DNA of 64,000 nt. Origin: a virus. Positions 1 to 9,098 of the stretch are shown one piece after another. The stretch is taken from positions 35,883 to 99,882 of the IMG/VR virus record IMGVR_UViG_3300023181_000002, one strand, 5' to 3'. The position numbers were made by a program, and so were the translations under genes. The stretch's first letter is position 1, and every line of letters starts with the position of its first letter. The notes below the pieces were generated by a model, which saw only the letters and a list, made by a program, of their open reading frames with translations, searched no databases and was not told the origin of the DNA.

Positions 1-1
1 A

Positions 2-244
2 ATGATAATATTTTGGCTCCCAATTTCAATAGGTATAATGATTTTACCTCCATTTTGCTTATTTATTGTAATGGGGATTATACTATTTATAGGTAAATCT
101 TTTGAGTACTTAATGTTTGATCAAAGTGATAAACAAAAGAAGGAGTGTAAAGAAGATATTCAAGCTGCCTGCGAAATGATGTTAAGTAGTTTTATTTTAA
201 CATGGAGTCCTATCAGCTACGTTCTTAAAGGCAAATCTAAATGA
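2..244 (+). CDS. small membrane protein (may be 5'-truncated)
   Basis: Hydrophobic N-terminus; ATGA overlap with next ORF. Confidence 0.55.
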   Translation: MIIFWLPISIGIMILPPFCLFIVMGIILFIGKSFEYLMFDQSDKQKKECKEDIQAACEMMLSSFILTWSPISYVLKGKSK

Positions 245-438
245 CCGGCATCTATAAACTCTCAGACGGTTCCGTTTACGAGATCACCAAAGAAGATAAG
301 CCCTCTGACAGATCGAAGGGCTTGCAGTATATTGCCAAATGTCTCTATTCTGAGACAAAATCAAATGAGCCTTTCTTTGTGTCGAAGGAGAATTTGCATA
401 GGAATACCCTCTACGGGTTATGGGTGTTACAAGAATGA
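241..438 (+). CDS. hypothetical phage protein
   Basis: ORF in tightly packed + strand run. Confidence 0.6.
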   Translation: MTGIYKLSDGSVYEITKEDKPSDRSKGLQYIAKCLYSETKSNEPFFVSKENLHRNTLYGLWVLQE

Positions 439-475
439 ATTTAAAAACAATTATAAACAATAAATAATCAGAACC

Positions 476-778
476 ATGTACGGAGAAAAATCAACTTATT
501 CGGGAGAAGCAATGCAATCTACTGAGGCTTTAAATCCTCGCTTAGTAAGAATCCTTGAAACGATTCGCCAGTGCAATCGCCGGTATTCAGAAAACGTTCA
601 GCGCATAGCGGTTTCCGCTAACAATATTATGCCGATTATGTCCAACCCGAAAGGTCCCATGAAGGACGAAAAGCCCCAAGGGATTTTAGCGGACATAGAA
701 GTTGAATTGTCATTATTTACAGAGAGAAACAACGACCTTTCATTGATCGCAGAACATCTTATTGAAATTGCTGGATAA
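476..778 (+). CDS. hypothetical protein
   Basis: 100 aa ORF, A-rich leader ending GAACC-ATG. Confidence 0.7.
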   Translation: MYGEKSTYSGEAMQSTEALNPRLVRILETIRQCNRRYSENVQRIAVSANNIMPIMSNPKGPMKDEKPQGILADIEVELSLFTERNNDLSLIAEHLIEIAG

Positions 779-827
779 ATTCACTATGGCACCTGATTAA
801 GTTTGGGTGCCATTAATTAAAATAATT

Positions 828-1088
828 ATGAAACCAAAAGAAAAGAAGCCAGAAACTGTTTTCAGAATTATCAGCAAACAATCCGGAGAAGCGGTTGGTT
901 CTTATAGCAGAGCATACTGCGATGAGTTTGATTTTAATTCTGTCTCAGAAGCAAGACGCGCTAACTGTCACGGCGTGTTCGAGGACAAGGATAAATATAA
1001 GATCGTCAAATACAAAGTTACGTACGAGCTTATAGAGGACGATTGTCAGGAAGAAGAGTCCAGTAAGAAATGGATTTTACAAAAATGA
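828..1088 (+). CDS. hypothetical protein
   Basis: ATG at 828 preferred over GTG 807; TAAGTTTG (-7-like) at 798-805. Confidence 0.65.
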   Translation: MKPKEKKPETVFRIISKQSGEAVGSYSRAYCDEFDFNSVSEARRANCHGVFEDKDKYKIVKYKVTYELIEDDCQEEESSKKWILQK

Positions 1089-1105
1089 CCTTTAAAAAAT
1101 AAATC

Positions 1106-1276
1106 ATGGATCAGGAAGATTTCAATAGAAAAAGGCGTGCTTTAAAAATGCTGTCTCATTCACTTTTCATTCAGGACACTGAAGGCGAAGAAGCGGCTAT
1201 GAAATTTTTAGAGCAATTTAAAAAAGAGGAAGAATTAAGCGTTCTGAATAAAAATACAAAACCCGATGGCATTTGA
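1106..1276 (+). CDS. hypothetical 56 aa protein (not in ORF track)
   Basis: MDQEDFNRKRRALK...PDGI*, fills the gap and overlaps the next start. Confidence 0.55.
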   Translation: MDQEDFNRKRRALKMLSHSLFIQDTEGEEAAMKFLEQFKKEEELSVLNKNTKPDGI

Positions 1277-1718
1277 ATCCCGCATGAAAATTTCCGATGT
1301 GAAAGTATTTGACATGATCGCAGAGATCATCGAGTGGTATTTTCATAATGCGAAAACACCCGACATCGAGAAGATACTCGCTGCGAGGGATCGCCTGGCG
1401 ACGTTGAGCTATAACCTGGCATCGATCAGCGCTGATCTAAAAGAGCGCTATAACGGACAATACTACATCAGAAAGATCGAAACAGCGAAGTCTAAACAAG
1501 GTTTCATCTCGAAAGGGAAGAACATGTCTCAGAGTGAAACTGAAAGCATCATCTCCTCAGCGGAATTCCTGAAAGGGGAGATTGAAGCGGAAGCGGACAG
1601 CTACAAGGTAGATTTGCTCTTAAAGCAGGTTAATAAGATTTTGGATGCCATGGGTCAACGCATCGCGTTTGCGCGTGCTGAGGAGGTTAATTCGAGAAGG
1701 CAGGGGAACAATATGTGA
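1266..1718 (+). CDS. helical/coiled-coil phage protein
   Basis: 150 aa ORF. Confidence 0.7.
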   Translation: MAFESRMKISDVKVFDMIAEIIEWYFHNAKTPDIEKILAARDRLATLSYNLASISADLKERYNGQYYIRKIETAKSKQGFISKGKNMSQSETESIISSAEFLKGEIEAEADSYKVDLLLKQVNKILDAMGQRIAFARAEEVNSRRQGNNM

Positions 1719-1737
1719 AACTTTTTAAACGAACCAT

Positions 1738-2169
1738 ATGATGACAGATCACGATATAAGAATATGTCTAATTGTAAGTATTCAAATGTTTTTCTTGTAT
1801 GTTTATTTTTCAATAACCGTCGCTTCTTTCAAAGCTTATCTCAAAAAAGAGTTTGTAGATTGCAGTTTTTTAATAATGACTTTATTCTTTGTATTTACAG
1901 CAAATGCCTACTCTGTTAAAGAAGTAATTGAGTGGGATAAGGAATATTTGAAGGTAGAATCTGAAAGGGTGGCGCTAGAAATTAAGTTGCAAAAAGAAAA
2001 ACAACAAAGAGACAAGCTTAAGAAAGAAGCCACTGAAGCGGTTGAAAAAGTGGAGAAGGAGTTTGCAAGAAGAATGGAGCTTCAGGAAGACCTGCTTAAA
2101 GAATATAACGATCAGTTAGCTAGGAATATGCAGTTAAGAAAACATCTAAAAAAGAGATACAATTTATGA
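1738..2169 (+). CDS. 2-TM membrane protein with C-terminal coiled coil
   Basis: Two hydrophobic segments then E/K-rich heptads; GAACCAT directly before ATG. Confidence 0.7.
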   Translation: MMTDHDIRICLIVSIQMFFLYVYFSITVASFKAYLKKEFVDCSFLIMTLFFVFTANAYSVKEVIEWDKEYLKVESERVALEIKLQKEKQQRDKLKKEATEAVEKVEKEFARRMELQEDLLKEYNDQLARNMQLRKHLKKRYNL

Positions 2170-2337
2170 CGTCTTCTCAATAGTAAAACCATTGCGAACT
2201 GCATTTTTCACCGCATCTCTTTTACGCTTGTAACTCTCGGAGCTACTACCCACGATCTCAGAATTCGGAGCAATCCTCTTCCACCGCCACTCTTTAGCGG
2301 CATCTTTATAGAATATCCAGGTGTCTTTTTCGCCCAT
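2164..2337 (-). CDS. DUF1508/YegP (UPF0339)-like protein, 57 aa (not in ORF track)
   Basis: Manual translation MGEKDTWIFYKDAAKEWRWKRIAPNSEIVGSSSESYKRKRDAVKNAVRNGFTIEKTS fits the FYKD..EWRW...A.N.EI..SSE.Y pattern. Confidence 0.8.
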   Translation of the reverse strand: MGEKDTWIFYKDAAKEWRWKRIAPNSEIVGSSSESYKRKRDAVKNAVRNGFTIEKTS

Positions 2338-2377
2338 GGTTGTAGTTTTTTCTTAAAACGCATTTCCATGGGCGAAA
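2328..2377 (-). promoter_or_regulatory. 12-bp perfect hairpin occluding the DUF1508 start codon
   Basis: TTTCGCCCATGG (2328-2339) / CCATGGGCGAAA (2366-2377), plus inner GTTTT/AAAAC stem. Confidence 0.7.
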
Positions 2378-2382
2378 GTTCT

Positions 2383-3669
2383 TTAATATATACTTTCCTG
2401 ACCGTAACTCCATGCACTTGAACCTCCACCAGAGGTAACCCCTCTCAAGCGTACATAATATCCAGCGGGTACTTCGCATTGAAGGTTAAATAAATTACTC
2501 TCGTTAAGTCCGACGGAAATCGAAACAGCCAATGTTTTTGTACTGCCTGCGCCATTGATCGTGATCCATGTTGAATTATTCGCGCTGATCTCCAAGAATA
2601 CCTGAGCGCTACTGTTAAGATTTAACAGAGATAAAGCTGTTGTACATGTCACCGTATAAGACACCCTGGCAGGACGCGTCGTTGAAATCTGAAATGAAGT
2701 ACCTATTGTCCTCGCTGGAGCATTATTAAAAGTAACCGCGCTTGAAGAGGCAGAGATTACACCTGCCGTTATATCAACACCCGTCCCGGCAGTATAATTT
2801 ACCGGCGTAGGCACGTTTAAAGCGCCAGTGGTTGAATTGTACGTTGAAACGCCCGATCCTGTCGTAGTGAGCGAAATAGACCCTCTTGCTCGGGTGTTGG
2901 TGTAATATTGATTTGTCGTGCCTTCTGACAATCCGTCTGTAGTCTTGGCGGCGAAGGCTGTATTGAATCGAGCCGCTGTATAATATAGATTTACTCCTTC
3001 AGATAAGTCTGCCGTAGATTTTCCTGAAAAAGCGGTATTAAACCGCGCAGTAGTCCAATAAAGATTACTACCTTCCGAAAGACCTCCTGTATTTTTCGCA
3101 GCAAATTTTGAATCGAAAAGTGGGTCAGATTCTGACGAGATGAACGCGCTGGGGTTGGTACTTGGATAAGGAACGAACCCTAAAGCGAGTGCTATCTGCC
3201 CGGAATTTATTGAGGTCAAATAGTTAGCAGGATTAGTTGATAAAGGATACGCATCTACAATCCCATAGCCAGATAAAGTCGTTGGCCTGCCTGTTAACGA
3301 AGTAAAGCTTTGCGCTGGTACACTCGTCAAGAATCCTAAAGGATTGGAAGTTCCATTATAAGGAGTGTATCCTATAGCTGAAATTATCTGAGCATTTGTC
3401 GGCACATAGCTTATGGGTTTATACAAAGGCGCTGTAAATAAAGAAACACTATCTTTTAAGTGTCGTATCTGTTTCGTGTTAAAGCGTAAAGAAGAGGTGC
3501 GAGCGACCCATGTCCTATTCATAGAGCCGGCAACCGTATCTACCCACATGATATTTGGAGCGGCGGTATCGGCAGGAATTGCCTGACTGGCAATTAATCT
3601 ACTGGCAACCTGACCCCAAGAAACAAAAGAACATAGGCAAATAAAAAATATACTAACAAAACGTTTCAT
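2383..3669 (-). CDS. tail-fibre-like repeat protein with N-terminal signal peptide
   Basis: MKRFVSIFFICLCSFVSWG|Q; GRPTTLSGYGI motif; three T..LSEG.N.Y.T..R repeats. Confidence 0.7.
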   Translation of the reverse strand: MKRFVSIFFICLCSFVSWGQVASRLIASQAIPADTAAPNIMWVDTVAGSMNRTWVARTSSLRFNTKQIRHLKDSVSLFTAPLYKPISYVPTNAQIISAIGYTPYNGTSNPLGFLTSVPAQSFTSLTGRPTTLSGYGIVDAYPLSTNPANYLTSINSGQIALALGFVPYPSTNPSAFISSESDPLFDSKFAAKNTGGLSEGSNLYWTTARFNTAFSGKSTADLSEGVNLYYTAARFNTAFAAKTTDGLSEGTTNQYYTNTRARGSISLTTTGSGVSTYNSTTGALNVPTPVNYTAGTGVDITAGVISASSSAVTFNNAPARTIGTSFQISTTRPARVSYTVTCTTALSLLNLNSSAQVFLEISANNSTWITINGAGSTKTLAVSISVGLNESNLFNLQCEVPAGYYVRLRGVTSGGGSSAWSYGQESIY

Positions 3670-3733
3670 TTTAAAGAATCTGATTAGGTTTAATAATTTA
3701 AAGTCCTAAATCAGTGGGTTGGGCATCAATATA

Positions 3734-4237
3734 CTACTGCAAAGAAGTATACTTCAAAGAATTATTATAAAAAATGTACCGCTCACCAGGAGCAAGTGAA
3801 ATTGTATTGACTATAGTACCTGAATCATCTATATCCATCGATCCGGCAGTTGTATTCACTGTAAGGTTTCCTGTTCCTTGGTTGATCAAGGTTAAACGAT
3901 ATCCAGAGAATACTCCCAAAGGAGGTAATGTCCAAACAGCAGTTGTCCCTGTAAAAGTATAATATGAAGTATAGGAGTTTATCTGAAGTGTTGCCGCAGA
4001 AGAAACAATGTTTATAGCAGACATCTTTCTAACCCATCTTCCAGTAGGCTGACCCGTGACTTGTATTACATTGAAGCCATCAGGAGTCGCTGTATTGGAA
4101 GCTCTAAACATGTAGATATCTCCAAATCCATCGTTTATAGAGTCTTTTCCGTTGACAGTTACGGCTATACCATCAGATCCTGCCTGAGAACTTAGGTCAG
4201 AAATTAACGCGAAAGAAGTTGGTCCTAATTGTCCCAT
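3734..4237 (-). CDS. tail fibre/spike-associated protein
   Basis: G...INDG.G.IY......PDG..VI......GRWVR spike N-domain plus TLP...G..LT.IN C-domain; probable start ATG 4237. Confidence 0.6.
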   Translation of the reverse strand: MGQLGPTSFALISDLSSQAGSDGIAVTVNGKDSINDGFGDIYMFRASNTATPDGFNVIQVTGQPTGRWVRKMSAINIVSSAATLQINSYTSYYTFTGTTAVWTLPPLGVFSGYRLTLINQGTGNLTVNTTAGSMDIDDSGTIVNTISLAPGERYIFYNNSLKYTSLQ

Positions 4238-4318
4238 TGTTAATAAAAATAAAGTTTGAATTATATACACTTAAAGTAACATACATAATTCAAACTTTTA
4301 TAAAAACTTATTTAACGG

Positions 4319-6604
4319 TTATTTTTTATAAGAAATATTGTAACTCAAATTGTTTGTGCCAGATGCGGGAGCTACTGCATAGGTTAAAATGAAATTCGTC
4401 GCGTCTGCGGTTATTAAGGGGTTTACATTGGAAGCGACATTATTTGCAATAAGCGAAACTATGACAGGTACGTAAGAAAGTCCATGAGCAATATTAATAG
4501 TCGTTGCAGCTCCTGTTCCAGATGCTGTTTTTACCTGCGTTATAATGGCCGATGGATTGGACACTAAAGGCACTCCGATCCATGTATTTGTACCTATACA
4601 AAAATAAATTCCATCTACTGTAAATTTTATTTCACCAGTAGTACCCGTATCTGTAGCAGAGCTAGGTGTTACATTTGGCGCGTTTAATCTGTATTGATTC
4701 TGATATAAGCGACCAGATGAATCTACGTAAATTAAATTTGTATTCCCGGTTGCTTGTATAGCAAATCCGTTGGAAGTTCCCGCTCCAGTACCTTGAATTC
4801 TTAATCTAGGGATATCTGAAAAATAATCCAAGGCAAAACTAGCTGCTGAGTTATTTGCATTTACTACAGTTTTAGTTGAATTATATGGAATAGTTTTTAT
4901 TTCTTTAGTAGTATTATCATAAACAACAAAAGCGTCGGTAGTAGCACCAGCAATTAATGAATTAACTATTAATTTATTAACAGTTAATTTCCCAGAACTA
5001 TCCACTAAAAGCATATTTGCATTTGCTACCGTTTGTATAGCAAAACTTGCTGAACTATTTTGAAGTCTAATTCTAGCAATTCCACTAAGCCAATTCATTA
5101 TAAATGATTCGTTGACATTTAATGGGTTTATATTTTCATACAGGTTGCGAACATTGGTAGATGTTAATTCGACTCCAGTAGTTACTTGATTTGTAATTGC
5201 TACATTGTAATATATATTACTACAAGAATCAAAATACCTATCAGCATATTGAGAAGGAGCTGAAACGCTATAGTTAGAAGCCTGCCCCGTAATAAGTGTA
5301 TCTTTTGCTCTGTAGGCTTTAAATCCATAGCTATTGCTCAATGTGAACGCACCACCTGTGATAGTGGTAACACCCGCACGCGAGTTAGCATTATTGCCGT
5401 CTGAAAGTACTCCTATAAGTTCATTTTGTTCTGAATTTGATAAAAAGAAACCATGATAATAATTATCCTGACATTCCACTCCTACAATTATACACCTATT
5501 GCTACTTTCTAAGTGAACACCAGAATAATTAACATCAAGCCCTGACTTCCCGTTAGATATTATTTTACCTCCAATTATTCTAGTGTTTGCGCCTCCAAAA
5601 TTATAAAATCCATCAAATCCACAATTGGATATGTCATTATTATAAAAAGCGTTATCAGTAGTAGAGTTGTAAATTCCATACTCATCACAAAATTGAATAT
5701 AATTATTTCGAACTGTAAATATCCAAGCAACAGCTTCTGCTCTTATGCCTGATTTTTTAAAGTCAGTAATAAAAAGATTATCTATAGCAGATGCGGTACT
5801 CTTAGCGCCGTCATTATCTATATCTGCTGCTATAAGGATTGCATTACCTATTGCTCCATTCGACTTATTACCTTCCAGTCGTAAGTTATATAAGCCACCT
5901 CTTGCATAGTTATAAAGTTTAAACAAATCTCCTGTATAGTTAGCTTTTAACCTAAATACAGACTTCTCTTTACTTTCTCCAATCAATGTGATACCTTTTC
6001 TTACGGTTATCGTTTCGGAGATATATGTTCCTATAGGAACTTTTATACTACCTCCAAGTAGGGTGTTGGGATAATATAGCGCTTTTTGAATGCCTATTGT
6101 ATCATCTTGTGTCCCATCTCCCACCGTAAACCACTTTAAGTTGGCAGCTTGCTGGTTTGAGGCTACATTTCCCGCTCCAGTAAATAGTAGCTGATTACCC
6201 TCGTCTATAGGAGATAAAATAGTTAATACAACTGAAGATGATATATTTAAAGTAGACCCAGGAAGCCAATTTAGTTTAATATTGGATGGTATTGATATAT
6301 TTGATGTGATCGCTAGTGTCTTGTCAATTAAAATAGTTGCAGGCGAATTTCCAAAATCATTTATCAACTTCTGGAAATTAGCCTGATTAACAGTTGTCAA
6401 TCTACTTACCGGCCAAGGTCCTGCGGCATTCCACTTGAAATATTTATTAGGACCCGTTATTGTAACATCTCTATTGTATAAACCCCCACAAAGCGCATCC
6501 GTCATAGGAGACCCATCTCGCCAAGTTGTAACAATGGTAGGTGCTAAATATTCACCGGTAATCGGGTGTAATTTATTAGGAAGTAAATTTGGTACCGTAG
6601 CCAT
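4319..6604 (-). CDS. tailspike/depolymerase, pectate-lyase-3-like beta-helix
   Basis: GDGTQDDT..IQKA, IKVPIGTY, GITLIG, Asn-rich coils, duplicated FAIQ..N...VDSSG.L module. Confidence 0.8.
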   Translation of the reverse strand: MATVPNLLPNKLHPITGEYLAPTIVTTWRDGSPMTDALCGGLYNRDVTITGPNKYFKWNAAGPWPVSRLTTVNQANFQKLINDFGNSPATILIDKTLAITSNISIPSNIKLNWLPGSTLNISSSVVLTILSPIDEGNQLLFTGAGNVASNQQAANLKWFTVGDGTQDDTIGIQKALYYPNTLLGGSIKVPIGTYISETITVRKGITLIGESKEKSVFRLKANYTGDLFKLYNYARGGLYNLRLEGNKSNGAIGNAILIAADIDNDGAKSTASAIDNLFITDFKKSGIRAEAVAWIFTVRNNYIQFCDEYGIYNSTTDNAFYNNDISNCGFDGFYNFGGANTRIIGGKIISNGKSGLDVNYSGVHLESSNRCIIVGVECQDNYYHGFFLSNSEQNELIGVLSDGNNANSRAGVTTITGGAFTLSNSYGFKAYRAKDTLITGQASNYSVSAPSQYADRYFDSCSNIYYNVAITNQVTTGVELTSTNVRNLYENINPLNVNESFIMNWLSGIARIRLQNSSASFAIQTVANANMLLVDSSGKLTVNKLIVNSLIAGATTDAFVVYDNTTKEIKTIPYNSTKTVVNANNSAASFALDYFSDIPRLRIQGTGAGTSNGFAIQATGNTNLIYVDSSGRLYQNQYRLNAPNVTPSSATDTGTTGEIKFTVDGIYFCIGTNTWIGVPLVSNPSAIITQVKTASGTGAATTINIAHGLSYVPVIVSLIANNVASNVNPLITADATNFILTYAVAPASGTNNLSYNISYKK

Positions 6605-6606
6605 AA

Positions 6607-6828
6607 TTAAAAATCAGCGTTATTATTGTAAACAGATGCATCTCCTGAAGGTCCTTGCGGTCCAATCAGACTCATTAACCATTCTTCTTCAGTTCCTTGG
6701 AAGCCATTATCGACAGCTACTTGATAAGCAGATTCCCCATTAAGTTCACCTGACTCTACTTTATTCTCAATAGTACAAACTTTACAGTTCACCTTTCGGA
6801 GTCCATCTTCCAAGTCCCAATTAGCCAT
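6607..6828 (-). CDS. short fibre anchor protein
   Basis: SAYQVAVDNGFQGTEEEWL.SL.GPQG motif typical of fibre N-termini; CxxC coil. Confidence 0.65.
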   Translation of the reverse strand: MANWDLEDGLRKVNCKVCTIENKVESGELNGESAYQVAVDNGFQGTEEEWLMSLIGPQGPSGDASVYNNNADF

Positions 6829-6834
6829 AGTTTT

Positions 6835-7485
6835 TTATGATAATAATTTTTCAATTTTCTTATAATAAAATGTTACGTCTCCAAGCCCTATTAACCCACC
6901 GTTAATCTTCTTACGAGCTGCTCCAATATCTTTCCTGTCGGAGGGAACATTTAAAGCGTTTATCTTCCAGAACCATGCTGCTGTTTCAATGCCCACTTCA
7001 GGAAGAAGAACTTTTTCCGGATGCTGTGTAATGTTGTATTTATTATTGGTGTCGTGATCAAACTGAAAATAATTATCATGGAAAGTTAACATCATTGGAC
7101 CCTTGCCTGAGTACTTCCATCCATCACCTGACTCAATATTTCCATTTCCATACCTATTGGCATAAACTGTATTTGATATCAGCTCAGGATTCCTGGCAAT
7201 ATTTTTCGCCAACTCATTCGGCACTTTAACCTTTGCCTGTGGATTTATAGAAAACCTGTTGGGCCAAGTATCCGCTAACCCCTGTGCACTGTAATTTAAA
7301 TTCTCCTGAAAGCGTGTGAACCCTTGACATTCATGCCCAACCTGCGCAAGAAACATCGTAGCGCGTGCATTGGAATTTATATCAGCATACGCAAAAGCAT
7401 CTTCCCAAAAAGGATCAAACTCAGCGATCCTGCTTTTAGGGAATACCTGTTTGGAGACTGATATAAATTTTGCCAGATCAAGCAT
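6835..7485 (-). CDS. GH19 (chitinase-like) endolysin
   Basis: FLAQVGHE, ENLNYS, YANRYGNG...GDGWKY.G.G, AAWFW, INGG..GL. Confidence 0.9.
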   Translation of the reverse strand: MLDLAKFISVSKQVFPKSRIAEFDPFWEDAFAYADINSNARATMFLAQVGHECQGFTRFQENLNYSAQGLADTWPNRFSINPQAKVKVPNELAKNIARNPELISNTVYANRYGNGNIESGDGWKYSGKGPMMLTFHDNYFQFDHDTNNKYNITQHPEKVLLPEVGIETAAWFWKINALNVPSDRKDIGAARKKINGGLIGLGDVTFYYKKIEKLLS

Positions 7486-7973
7486 TATTTCTTACGTTTT
7501 CTAAAGAATACCTTATCAAAAAATGTACGCTTGGTTTCAGGCACTATAAGACTGTCCAGTGTTTTAGGTTTGATATCCACAGGTAATACAGCATCCTTTT
7601 TACGGGGTGCCACTACAAAGGTCATCGGTATCTTCTGAGTCTTGTAAACGGCCACTTTTAAAGTTTGATCCGCAAGTCTTTTAACAGCGATATGTTTATC
7701 CTTATTAATCAAAAGATCCTGCGTAAGCTGCTTGCTTTCTTCGGTTATCGCTTCGGTTTCTGCAACGATAACCTTTGTCTTCTCAGTCTCACTACGAAGG
7801 CTATCTTGTGCACGCACAAGTCTCATGCTGTCTACATTAGCAATCACTTTCGCCTTGCTAAGCTCAGCCGCTTTGGGAGCTTGCTGCGAAAAGCTATTCT
7901 GACTTTTGTCGTTGAATGCGACAAGTAGAACTGCTGACGATAAAAGTATGATTACATGTTTCATTTTGGTCAT
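7485..7973 (-). CDS. exported coiled-coil lysis-cassette protein (spanin-like?)
   Basis: N-terminal hydrophobic segment, coiled coil, basic C-terminus; next to endolysin. Confidence 0.45.
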   Translation of the reverse strand: MTKMKHVIILLSSAVLLVAFNDKSQNSFSQQAPKAAELSKAKVIANVDSMRLVRAQDSLRSETEKTKVIVAETEAITEESKQLTQDLLINKDKHIAVKRLADQTLKVAVYKTQKIPMTFVVAPRKKDAVLPVDIKPKTLDSLIVPETKRTFFDKVFFRKRKK

Positions 7974-7977
7974 TATT

Positions 7978-8379
7978 TCAATCGGTTATAACCGTTTTGA
8001 TCTGCTGTATGGTATTCTTCGTACTTTCAGTTGTCTGACGGTTTTGCAAATTAATCTGCTGTTGCCTTGCATTTTCTTCGCGTTGCTTATCATTAATCTC
8101 AACTTGTTTTTGATTTAACGCTTTCTGTTCTTCGTAGAGTTTTTGCACCATGTCATATTTCTCACGGCCACAGTTTACTTCAGCATATCTAAGTTTAACC
8201 TCTAAAGAATCAAGCTTGTCATCTTTCTTCTCAAGTTTGGCTTCGTATTCTGTTCGCACTTTATTTGTTTCAATATACTGATAGGGAACTAAACCTGATA
8301 ATGTAATAATTATACCAAAGCATCCCATCACTAATCTCCTGGTATCATCAGGAAGTCCGTTCCACCAATTAAGGTCCAT
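7978..8379 (-). CDS. putative holin (1 TM + coiled coil)
   Basis: Single TM near N-terminus; position in lysis cassette. Confidence 0.45.
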   Translation of the reverse strand: MDLNWWNGLPDDTRRLVMGCFGIIITLSGLVPYQYIETNKVRTEYEAKLEKKDDKLDSLEVKLRYAEVNCGREKYDMVQKLYEEQKALNQKQVEINDKQREENARQQQINLQNRQTTESTKNTIQQIKTVITD

Positions 8380-8403
8380 GTCTTCATGTTAACGTTGCGT
8401 GAG

Positions 8404-8751
8404 TTATTTCTTTATTAGGAGTGCGAGCGTTGCCGTGAGTATTATTCCTGCGGTGGTTCCGGTTAAAAAATATACTACTTTATTGCCTTCTTTTTTATCG
8501 TGTACAATCTTATCAACATAAACAACTTTTGGGGCCTTTTCTATCCCTGAATTGACCGTATTTTGTATACCTTTTAACGCGTACGTTCGGAAGAAAAAAT
8601 TATATTGAGCTTCAGAAATAGAAACCCCTGTCTCGAAAGGGAAAGGTTGCCCTAAGGTTTGATAAATAATCTCCTTTTTAACGCCAGTACTATCCTGAGA
8701 GAATACCCATAAAGGGGTCAATATAAAAATCAATGTCAGTATAGCTCTCAT
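8404..8751 (-). CDS. signal-peptide protein with C-terminal TM (spanin-like)
   Basis: MRAILTLIFILTPLWVFS|Q ... GIILTATLALLIKK; overlaps upstream gene. Confidence 0.5.
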   Translation of the reverse strand: MRAILTLIFILTPLWVFSQDSTGVKKEIIYQTLGQPFPFETGVSISEAQYNFFFRTYALKGIQNTVNSGIEKAPKVVYVDKIVHDKKEGNKVVYFLTGTTAGIILTATLALLIKK

Positions 8752-9098
8752 TTCTTTGGTGGTTTCAAGGTGTTTATATCAGGGAATTCTTCTAACAAGT
8801 TTGGGTTATTCTTTTTGTCATACGCTTTAAAAGCTTTCAATTGAACAGAGGCGTCTCTCAACTTCGATAGGTAAAAAGCCGTGTCAGAACGTAATTGATA
8901 AACATCTCTTCCCCTTGCCGTAGTATCCTTTTGGAATTCTGTAATCTGAATCTCCAAAAAAGTTATCTGCTTCTTCTTATTCTGGTAAGAGACGATAAAC
9001 CCGATCAATATCCCACCTAAAACAATAGCAATAATCAAGCCGGGATTCTTTTTGATAAATCCCCATATTTTCGATAATATTAAAATGAATGCTGTCAT
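8748..9098 (-). CDS. i-spanin-like membrane protein
   Basis: N-terminal TM followed by coiled coil. Confidence 0.5.
   Translation of the reverse strand: MTAFILILSKIWGFIKKNPGLIIAIVLGGILIGFIVSYQNKKKQITFLEIQITEFQKDTTARGRDVYQLRSDTAFYLSKLRDASVQLKAFKAYDKKNNPNLLEEFPDINTLKPPKK

Noticed and set aside
2208-2429. 73-aa minus-strand ORF in the track
   Set aside because: Shadow of the DUF1508-like gene in another frame
2895-3110. CRISPR array or DGR repeat
   Set aside because: Degenerate in-frame protein repeats; no spacers, cas genes or reverse transcriptase
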